A stretch of 64,000 bases of DNA from Octopus sinensis (lineage: Eukaryota): NCBI RefSeq assembly GCF_006345805.1, contig NC_042997.1, positions 50,282,001 to 50,346,000 on the forward strand. The letters run 5' to 3'. Positions 53,889 to 64,000 of the stretch are shown piece by piece. The first letter of the stretch is position 1, and each line of letters starts with the position of its first letter. The position numbers and the translations under genes are program-made. Under the pieces are notes generated by a model, which worked only from the letters and a program-made list of their open reading frames with translations, was not told the DNA's origin and did not search any database.

Positions 53889-56800
53889 TCATAGAATCAT
53901 AGTCAAGGTGGCTTCGTCATTCATACGTGCCATCCTTGCTACATTCACCCATCTTTTTTTAAAACATTCACTAGACAAAACTTGCCTCTCTACTTTCACT
54001 TTTTTCTTCAAGTGATACTTGAAGAGTTGATGAGAGATTGACCAGAGAGGAAAGTGTTTGTCTCTAATCCTTTCAGACGCGTCCACCAGATACATTCTTT
54101 CGCCATAGCCACAAGTATGATAAAAATATCTTCCTTCCCGTTTGAAGGAAGGAGGCGTGACGATATTAACGATAGACTCGGCTGATAACCGACACGTCCC
54201 ACACGTGACAGCAGTCGTTCGACATAAGCCCACAGGTGGGAAATTGCTGGACACTGCACGATTGCGTGCAGAGCGGTTTCGTCGCTCTGCCCGCATCTCG
54301 GGCAGGTCGGCCCCGTGTTTCTCGAGCCATGCCTATAGAGCTTATCCCGAACGGGTAGCGCTTCTCGGTAGCACCGCCAGGCCAGGATCTCTGGAAGTTG
54401 TCCATAGGTCCCGGGCCGAAAGTCGTTTGAAACAGGCGGGTCAGGTATTCCTCGTCGACGCCCAGGTTTGCCCCGAGCTCGTCGTCGTACCTCCCCTCCA
54501 CTAATCCCCTATAGAATGCTTTGGTTGTGTTGAAGTCACTCAAGGTCGACCCGGGACGGCAGAGTTGCTTGAGAGCAACGCGACACACTCGCGGTGCCAT
54601 TCGCCCTTCTTCGGCCTCTTTTTGATCCACGACTGTAGTTCGGTCATGGAGACGAGTTGCGGGAATGCGTGCCTCACAAACGGCGACCACACCTGTTCAC
54701 CGTCGTCTACATAGAGCCGGAGATGTCGCAGTCTCAGCGCGTGTCTGCGCATCATCAACCACGGCATGCCCAGCCCTCCTTTTAACGGGTGTTGACAGCA
54801 AATGGATCGCCTGACCATCGGGACGCATCCTTTCCACAAGAAGCGGAAGAGGATGCGTTCTAGTTTGGTGATGGTAGGGTCGGGACAAGGTACGACGGTC
54901 AGGCGGTAGTAGATGATGGACGCGATGTACGCGTTCACCACCTCCGCCCGACCTTTTAGGGACAGTTTCCTCTCGGCCCATTGCTGGGCGAGAGTGACCA
55001 CCCTACTCGTTATCTCGTTCCAGTTCTTCTCCATTTGGAGGTCCGGACCGAACCAGACCCCGAGCAACTCAACCGGGCCGTCTGTCCAGCGTCCCACGAC
55101 GGAGGTACTGGTGGACGGCATGGGTTTGCTTCTCCAGGTGCCGAGCCGCAAGCCCACTGACTTTTCCCGGTTGATTTTTGCTCCTGTCACCGCTTCGTAG
55201 TCTTTCAGTGTCTCGCCGACCCGCTCGATGTGCTCGTGGCTTGACACTATGACGGTGACGTCGTCCGCGTATGCAGACACGCTCGTCCCGCATCCTAATT
55301 CTCGCGGGATGCCCCTCAGAGTCGCCAGCTTCCGCAGTAGTGGCTCAAGAGTCAATACGTATAGAAGCGCCAAGAGGGGGCATCCCTGACGGACCGAACG
55401 TGCAATGTCGAAGGGTCTCGATAGATGTCCATTTACGCGAATTACCGAACGGATGCCTCTGTACAAGGCAGCTATCCAGCCGCGGAAGACGGGACCGAAA
55501 CCAGCCGCTCTCAGGACTGCCTCCAAGTATCGATGGTCTACCCTATCAAAGGCTTTCGATTGATCCAAGTTGATCAGGGCCCCACCCATGCCAGGTTCGT
55601 TAACTACCCTGTCTATGATGTAGCGCATCAGATGGAGGTTGTCATGGATGCTCCGGCCCGGCACGGCGCACGTTTGTGCGTTGTCGACCAGTTTCTCTAT
55701 GACAAGCGCCAACCTCTTGGCTAACACCTTTGTCAAAATTTTCAGGTCTGCATTGAGCAGAGTGATTGGCCTAAAGTTATCTATATGTTTCCCTTGTTTG
55801 GATCTTTCTTCAGCAGAGTTACAGCTCCTCGACTCACAAAACCGGGTATGCTCCCGTTTTGCTGCCAGTTGCAGTATACCGCTGCCAAGACGTCTCCAAC
55901 AAGTCTGGCATACAATAGTAAAATTCGTAGGGTAGAACCATCCAAACCCGGTGATTTGTCCCTCGAGCATTCTGCAATCGCTTCCCGCACTTCCGCCGCC
56001 GTGATGGCACCTTCGCAGCACCCTGCCTTTCTTGTCGAGAGTCGTGGCAGGCTATGTAGGTAGGCACTGAAGTCTACCCTACGTTCTTGCCCTCCACTCG
56101 TCCCGAACAGTCGGGCAAAATGCTGCTGAAAGGCCTCACACATTTTACTTGGCTCGAGCAATTCGCGCCCCTGTTCATCTACCAGTGACCGAATGGTGGC
56201 TTTGTTGCCCTGTTGCGCCTCTGCCACCCGGCCTCTCTCGCGGCGCTCCAACCCTTCGTTCCTTAGAGCACGCATCCTAGCTCTAACAGCACATCCTTCG
56301 TTTTGGCGTTGAAGTGTTGGTCGAGGGCCAACCTCGCCGCCAAAACGTCGGATGCGATGCCGCTTCTAATTGCCTCTTCTAGCTTCTTAACTAGCTCACC
56401 CTCTACTCTATTTCTATCTATGGCTAGTGCTTTGCTGTACCTAATCGCTTCTTCTGCTTTTACTGCTCTCTTGAGGGCAAACCACCATTTGTTGTTGATG
56501 ATGGCTCCCGTCAAAGCCCTCTTACTAGTGTGCTAATCCGGTCTCTGAAAACTTGTCTGGACGGGAATGATGCGTTCAGTTTCCAGTACCCAGGACCCTG
56601 TCTATGTGCCTTATCTAAGTCTAGCGTACACGTCACCAATTTGTGATCCGTGTAGCTGACTGTGTGGAATTGTGGACATCCTAAGTTATCCTTGTCTACT
56701 GTCCTACACAGTATCCTATCTAGATACGATCTCGACGACCCACTGCGGTTGCTCCATGTCCACGTTGGTGCATTTGGGTGGTCGAGTCGGTACCTGTCAG

Positions 56801-57322
56801 ACAGTTGGAATCGTCTGAGCAGGTCTCTGAGGCATTTGCATCCCCTTCTGTTTCTGTCTCTACCCACGTAGTCTACATGCGTGTCCAAGGTAGCATTCCA
56901 ATCCCCCACTAAGAGTAAAGGACGAGACGTTCCCAAGAATACTTCTAGACGTCGAAAGAAATCCGCCCGACCTGTTAAGGGCGGTGCGTAGACTGATACG
57001 AGTCGAAAAGCGCACCCATTGCTGCCGTCAACATCCAGAACGATCAGTCTACCCTCCGGTCTACGAATATCGTCTTGACTTCGAGATCCAGGCTCTTGTG
57101 AAAAAGTACCGCGGTGCCACTACCGCCCATCCTCGGCAGACAGGGAGCGAATAAATGTTAAAACTGTCCGCCAAACATGGACTTTAGGGCCCGTGGCTCG
57201 TGGAGTCTGGTCTCACTTATGGCTATGATTCCCAAATCATGTGACTTGATGTCATTTAGGAGGTATCCTTGTTTCCAAGGAGACCCCAAGCCACGCGCAT
57301 TCACACAACCAATCTTGACCAT
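53889..57322 (-). pseudogene. ORF2 (APE endonuclease + RT + C-terminal domain), several frameshifts
   Basis: MVKIGCVNARGL..SETR, LLLVGDWNA, SYLDRIL, SYTDH, GYWKLN, FRPITLLNADLKIL, LDQSKAFDRVDH, SVRQGCPL, AYADDVT, CPRCGQSDET. Confidence 0.92.
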
Positions 57323-57379
57323 GATTCTATGGGGTGTGTGCTTTAAAACACACAAATGAAAGTACAGAGAGTTACTTAC

Positions 57380-58385
57380 TTGTGTCGAAAGTTTTGGCTT
57401 CCTCGTTCTTTGATGTGTCTTCGAGGAGGTTTCTATATAGTTTTTGGGACAGATATTTCTGGAACCCCCCTACAGCATTTGGGAAGAGGGCTTTGAGTTT
57501 GTGGTGTTGTGTTTGTGTGATGTGTAGTATTTTGATGTGTTTGGGTGGTGTAGTGCGTGGATGATTGCTATTTTTAAAGTCATCTTCACAATGTTTGTGT
57601 ATCCTGTGATGTACTCCATTAGTTTGGAGTCTTTTGTGTCTATCGCTGATAGCATTGTTTTTGTGGTGTTGGTGCTTGTTTTGTTGTGTATGGAGTTTTC
57701 CAGGTTTCAGGTATCTCCCTGCTTTGGTTGCGATTTCTTGTTTGGTTTTTCTTGATCTTTTTCTTTTACCCCCTGTGGCTATTTGCCATTCTGTCGAACT
57801 TTCATCGTTAGATGAAAAGTCTGACGAATCAGCAGGGGCAAGGGTAAAGCGTCTGGGTGTGTTTGTGCGGTTGTAGATATTGTTGTGGTGCGCGGGGAGG
57901 GTGTTGCTGGGGGGTTTGTTGTGGTTATTGTCTCTCCTACATCCTTGGTGCTTGTCTTCTTCGTTGTTATTCTTGGTGTTGGAATTGGTTTATTTGTTGT
58001 TGGTGGTGATGATTCTGTTCTTGGCGCTGGTGTTGGTGTTGTTTGGTTGGGTTGGTTTGTTCTTTGTTTTTTTTCCTGCATTTCCGCATACAGCTTCTTG
58101 ACTAGCTGTCCATATTGTGGTGTGGGCAATAATCCTGGCTTTTGTGATTTTTCCTGTGGCTGTTGTTGTTGTTGTAATTTTGCGGCAGATTTGCACTCCT
58201 TTTTGAGGTGTGCCTCACTGCCACATGTATAGCATCGTGGCCTTCTGCCCTCGACTACTTGCGGCCATCCTCAAGATGTACGTGGGTGGGGATTTTATTT
58301 ATGTCCTCTTGACTTATGTGGAAGAGGAACTCTATTCTCTTTCCCAGCCAGTCCTTGTTTTCCGAAACACCGATATCTAGGATGT
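57380..58385 (-). pseudogene. ORF1 C-terminal part (zinc knuckle, P/T/Q-rich linker), frameshifted
   Basis: [23 protein letters not shown] then ORFs 57779-58129 and 57470-57655. Confidence 0.8.
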
Positions 58386-58387
58386 TT

Positions 58388-58825
<438 letters not shown>

Positions 58826-60464
58826 CCAGCCAACCAGCCAAACGCAGAAATTTAGTTACATATACATAGTAATATATCTATATTTCTGAATATGTACATA
58901 CATTTATACATATATATATGTATGTATGTATTTATGTATGTATTATGTATGTATCTATGCATGCATGCATGTATGTATGTATGTATGTAAGCATATGCAG
59001 AGATATGAAGTGAGAGGGGGTGAGAGATGTTAAGAAGTAGGAATTAGATAAATAGATATAAATGTTTATATGGATGCGTGTAAGTGGTTAGTCAATAAGT
59101 ATTCAATACATTTGTCTATTGTTGCTAGAAGGTAAAGATTATGGTTAGATGTTTGGAGCAAATTAAAGAGCCAGGTTTGAAATGACGAGTGTCGTGATTG
59201 CGTGGAAAAACTCGAGACATTAAACTCTGTACAGCAATAATGACACCAGCAACAATTTGACGTCATCCAACAAGAAATAAATCAATTGTGTGTTAGTTAA
59301 TAATATGTTGGCATGCAATCCCATTTGTCATGTTAACGTTTGGACGTTTTCCGAAACGCTCCGTTATTTCCATAGTATGTTCCTTAACGCATCATAAACT
59401 AATCGATAATGTTAAACATGGAAAAATAGAAGTCAACATCAAAGTGTAAATTTGAAGCACGTCTCCATCCATATCATTGGTTCTCACAATGGGTACTATA
59501 TCTCCAATGCTGTCAGAGGCTGCTGATAGCTATTAAGTGGTCATTACATGCGATGCCAAACCGTAAGTTAATGGTAGGTTTGTTCCTGCCACACCTTTTA
59601 ACACCTATGTTTGTTAATATTTTGTAGTATTACGTGATCCGCGATTCTTGATAACGATATAAGGTAAAAACTATTGTAAATGAAGTGCGGTGTAAAATGG
59701 AGTGATTTGGAAAGGTTTCAGAATCGCTGCTCCACACAGCAATGGGTTAAATGCAAATATTTACCAAACGTGGGTTCCTAAAGGGCTTCAAATTTGGTAC
59801 TTTCATTTCTAGCCTCAAGTATCTAACAATTCAGTGTAAACATGTTATTCTAAAAAAGACCCGGATCATACGAACGAAGGAAGAAACTGGTAAGGAATAG
59901 TTCAACATGAATAAAACAGCAGCCTTCCACAAATCATGATCTCCTCTTTTAAATAACGAAATACACATTGCAGAAGATAGGCAATCATATACATGCAGGG
60001 GCTATTGTAAAAGCCGTAATGCTTTGTTCAACTGTCTGTTTAATCCAGATTGATTAGCATTAAATGATAGGGGAGACCTACTGTATGTTATACAAGATTG
60101 TAATTTCACACCGAAATGTATAAAGATCACATACTCCCAGAAATCCATAAGTTTTCCTTCAGTATATTTTACAACAATGAAACATTTAGGTTTTTTCCTA
60201 ATGACGATTTCCTAAATGTGGAAATGCCTTATCTAAACATCACAACAAATAGGTTAGGAACACACTTGGTATTCATAATGATTACTGAGATGAAAAAGGT
60301 ATTTTTGACGAGATATACACATACATATACACACACCTTCACACGCATGCACACATACACATACATACATACATACATACATACACACACATACATAAAT
60401 TACATACATACATACATAAATACATACATACATACATACATACATACATACATACATACATACA

Positions 60465-60494
<30 letters not shown>

Positions 60495-60497
<3 letters not shown>

Positions 60498-61845
60498 GTA
60501 TGATTGGACGCTTGATGAGATCCGAACCATTGATGTGAAAACCCGAGAAATACTATGAAGCACCCATAATTTCCACACAAACTGTGACGTAGACCGCCTC
60601 TACCTAAAACATAAACAAGGCGACAGAGGCTTAAAATCGATCTAAAATGCCTTCGAATGTCGTATCATATCCCTTCGGCAACATCTTTTAACCACCAAGT
60701 TTCGAAGTGCATCCCTTGACCAAGTTTGCATACATGAGGCTGCTAACATCACAAGACTTAGAAGATAGCTTCTTGAGCAACATTCTTTGTCTGATAACCT
60801 AGAATACATGCCCAAAGAAGTCGCACGACTCTACCGCAACGTATCATCAGATGAAAGGATGAGCTTATATGAGCAGAAGACTATGCATGGATATGTTAGT
60901 AGAAAGCTTCGTGATGATAGTAACATCGATCATCAAAGCAGTTTATCATGGACCAATAGCCGGAGTATTACCTCCCACTTTGAAGGATATACGTTTGCAA
61001 TCAGGAAAGGAAATATCAACCAAGTATCTGATGCACAAACGGGACAGAGATGCAGGAAAAGCAGTGAAACGTGAAAACCGATGCAGACTTTGTCGAGTCA
61101 ACGCCGAAGATATCACCCGCATCATAAGCAGTTGTCCGAAAATCTTAACATGGTATTATCTACCGATGAGATATGATGTAGCAAGGACACTCTGTAACGA
61201 AATCCGTCAGAAGGATAACTCCAAAGACAAAGAAAAAGCAACCCACAGTAGGATAGAAGCCATAGCCACTAATAATAAAAAGGTGGAATGTCTCAGTGAG
61301 GACGTCAATAAAATGTTGGCACAACAGGCCTGATATAATGATCTGGGATAAAGAGAAACTGTGCACAGTTATGAAAATTAGCTGACCAGTGGATGTAAAC
61401 ATGCAGCAGAAGATCAGTGAAAAAGAGAACACCTACACTGAACTTTTGAGAAATTTGCAGTTGCTCTATCCAGATTACAAGTTCAGGTTTATACCTGTAA
61501 TTGTTGGGGCCCTAGGATATGTAATACACTGCCTAAATACCAATCTTGAGGAATTAGACTTCTCAAAACCAGAAAGGGGAAAATCTACAGATTCAATCCA
61601 TCACTAGGACTGTAAAAATCTGTAAAACTTCCCAGAAATTTGTCATTTAAATATATATGAGCATGTCTAGATATGTCTACATACATAAAGCGAAACATAC
61701 AAAGCTGCACATATAAATACATACTACCAAAAAACCCTGGTATTGATTTTGATGTTGAAATTCCATTGGAGGAGCCTTGAATCCAGGTTAGAAACCAGCT
61801 CTCTATTGGCAAGAAATCTTGAAATAAAACTGAATAATGATATAC
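60495..61845 (+). mobile_element. Second, distinct 5'-truncated R4/Dong-like LINE, frameshifted
   Basis: [58 protein letters not shown]; 5' junction follows (ACAT)n at 60320-60495. Confidence 0.85.
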
Positions 61846-61855
61846 ATTCTTGTAA

Positions 61856-62190
61856 TCTATTTCGTTTTGGGATTTGGTTTGCAAGATTCATTATATGAGC
61901 TCGTGTGTTGAAGCATATTCTGTTGTGTCTGGGGAGAGTAATTTTCTTTTTGTGCCTTATTATGTAACACACTCACCGGTAAAATTTCCACTTATTTTTA
62001 TTTTCCTAAAATTTTCGTTGCATCTTGCAACCTTTTCAATAGTTTTGAGAGTCAAAACTATTGAAAAGGTTGCAAGACGCAACGAAAATTTTAGGAAAAT
62101 ATAAATAAGAAATAAGTGGAAACTTTTACCGGTGAGTGTGTTACATTATAAGGCACAAAGAAAAATGACTCTCCTCAGACACAACAGAAT
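61856..62190. mobile_element. Fold-back element (arms 61915-62048 and 62052-62192) with 10-bp flanking direct repeat
   Basis: attcttgtaa at 61846-61855 and 62191-62200; centre ttttga-gag-tcaaaa; U3:A8 hammerhead-like motif in each arm. Confidence 0.8.
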
Positions 62191-62439
62191 ATTCTTGTAA
62201 GCTGCAATCAAAAAAGGACTGAAACGTGTAAAAGAACAAAGGACTTAAAGAGTAAGAAAAATGTACATATAGATGAGTGTGTATGCATGTATGTGTGAGC
62301 GGGATGATTATTCTTTTCGGTATGTAAAAATGATTTTGCTACAAGATTCCTTTCAACTGCAACAGGCAAGTCGCAATAGATCCCTTTTTTAAGTATGTGT
62401 ACTAGGGAACAACATAATCTATAATATTAAATGTATAAG

Positions 62440-62655
62440 GCGGCGAACAGGCAAAACCATTACGATGCCGGGCGAAATGCATAGCGGTATTTCGTTCGTC
62501 TTTACGTTCTGAGATCAAATTCCGCCTAGGTCAACTTTGCCTTTCAGCCTTTCGAGATTGATAAAATAAGTACCAGTTGCAAACTAAGGTCGATGTAATC
62601 GACTTACACAAACTCTCGAGCTTGTTGGCCTTATGTCAGGACTTGAAACCATTAT
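62440..62655 (+). mobile_element. tRNA-derived SINE (gtcgactttgcctttcatcc family), diverged
   Basis: ggcggcgaacaggcaaaacc head, gttctgagatcaaattccgcc, caactttgcctttcagcc. Confidence 0.8.
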
Positions 62656-63669
62656 TAGGTAGTAATACAAACACCTAAGTAACGTTACTCCAAAAATGAC
62701 TCTTTTTTGTTCTTGGGCAGTAAATATTATCTACTAATTGTTTGAGAACACGGCTAATGTTTCCCTCACACTTTGCTTAGGTAACCTGATATCGTTATAC
62801 TGAAAGTTTTCCATCTCCCCTGAAAAAACGGGCGAATTTATACATTTTCTTTTCCATAGAATCGCAAAAAAGAAAATCAAATGAATCCAATTCAACACGT
62901 ATTTATGTACAGGTTATGGAAAAGAGAACTGAAGTTCACAAAATGAATATTTTTCAAGATTTACCTGACAACCCAGGCATTTGAGTTGAGAGCCCAGTGA
63001 ACATCCAGCTTGAACTATTTGGTATTATTGAAAGAAATGTCTGAATTATACATCAAGTGTGGCTTCACATTCAAAACTCTTGAAGTATTGGCGGAGAAAA
63101 GTAAATTTAGCCTATCCCGTATTGGTTTATATCCACACAATCTGGTTTTTACCTGTCAGGTGATGTAGGTTCACTTATAAAGCTTTCAAAACAAAAACAG
63201 AACAACAATAGAGTCTCACTGCAATTTATGTTCGGCATAATAACGAAATATCATTCTTCAAAACCTCGCAAAATTCGCGAGTTTTTTTCCTACAGCAACT
63301 TTATCTGAGTTGGCAGCTATGCAATATCTCACAGCTTTGGGAATAACCAAACGTATTCTGCTTCAATAACAGCGCCGGTAACTGGTGCATCTTTCTCAAG
63401 CTGTTCGTAATGTACCTTAGCATTTTTTCTTTTAATTAATAAATACTTTACTCACCGAATCACTTAGGTTTTCTTTTCTTTTCTCTTTCGGATATACAGT
63501 TGTGAATGATTCTTCAGCTCACTGCTTTGTGATGTATGAGTGTTAACTTGCATCATAGACCTTTAGCGAGTCATTTTCTTCTTTTTAAATGGTACAGATT
63601 GTAGATTTGGTGAAACCATACAATAACATTATATAAATTAACGCTACTTCTATAGAAATTAAATATATA

Positions 63670-63988
63670 TATTACGGAGATGTACTTGCATAGCGAGTGA
63701 CTTGATCTGAGATCGTGTGCTGGAACCAAAACAATTGCAGCGTGGAAGGTGTTTATAAGCCATTTAAGAAACACACAAAAACCGTTAGATTCACTTCAAC
63801 ATTTAAATTTAATTTGTCAAAATATTTTCGTCGCGGTCTCAAAGCGGCACGAAGTTTTGTCAGTGAACAGGTCGCAGTCTCAAAGTGACGAAAATATTTT
63901 GACAAATTAAATTTAAATGTTGAAGTGAATCTAACGGTTTTTGTGTGTTTCTTAAATGGCTTATAAACACCTTCCACGCTGCAATTGT
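63670..63988. mobile_element. Fold-back element with ~102-bp perfect inverted repeat (63731-63832 and 63887-63988), TA-rich flanks
   Basis: acaattgcagcg...ttttcgtc and gacgaaaa...cgctgcaattgt with ~54-nt spacer. Confidence 0.85.
63856..63906 (+). ncRNA. Type I hammerhead motif with swapped G3:C8 core
   Basis: tttgtca-GTGAACA-g-gtcgc-agtctcaaa-gtgac-GAAA-a-ta-TTT-tgacaaa; stem I 7 bp perfect. Confidence 0.7.
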
Positions 63989-64000
63989 ATATATATATAT

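Larger units (their letters stand above)
53464..58385 (-). mobile_element. Tx1/L1-like LINE, 5'-truncated, embedded in (GATA)n on both sides
   Basis: ORF1 tail with CYTCGSEAHLKKEC knuckle, APE and RT ORF2, T-rich 3' UTR ending AATAAAgaaacata then (TCTA)n. Confidence 0.93.

Noticed and set aside
54008-55935. Plus-strand and alternate-frame ORFs overlapping the LINE
   Set aside because: Antisense or off-frame products of the GC-richer ORF2; only minus-strand frames give APE and RT motifs.
61760-61815. ggagga-gcct/aggt-tagaaac in the R4-like 3' UTR as a hammerhead
   Set aside because: Core incomplete and no U16.1; likely just a UTR hairpin.
63455-63525. Possible minus-strand exon ending at a GTGAGT donor
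   Set aside because: Single short candidate with a weak acceptor and no recognisable protein; no other exons found.

Overview
AT-rich, microsatellite-saturated animal DNA with no recognisable host gene; the SINE repertoire and simple-repeat load look octopod cephalopod (inference). Nearly all ORF-track entries are microsatellite translations or frameshifted transposon pieces. Conventional content: a 5'-truncated Tx1/L1-like LINE (53.5-58.4 kb, minus), two R4/Dong-like LINE 3' halves (48.7-50.0 and 60.5-61.8 kb), CR1/L2-like RT relics, Tc1, mariner and hAT transposase relics, Penelope-like (PLE) RT and GIY-YIG relics, and many tRNA-derived SINEs. Main result: about 20 type I hammerhead ribozyme (HHR) motifs in roughly a dozen divergent non-coding elements. 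They include an 8.4-unit, ~486-bp tandem array (30.1-34.2 kb) with one HHR per unit, four diverged relatives with covarying helices, two short elements with perfect canonical HHRs (27965-28046, 46569-46639), and fold-back elements with compensated catalytic-core variants (G3:C8, U3:A8). Most end in (TA)n and lie near PLE relics, suggesting a diversified PLE-mobilised retrozyme-like system. All folds were deduced by eye; ribozyme activity is untested.
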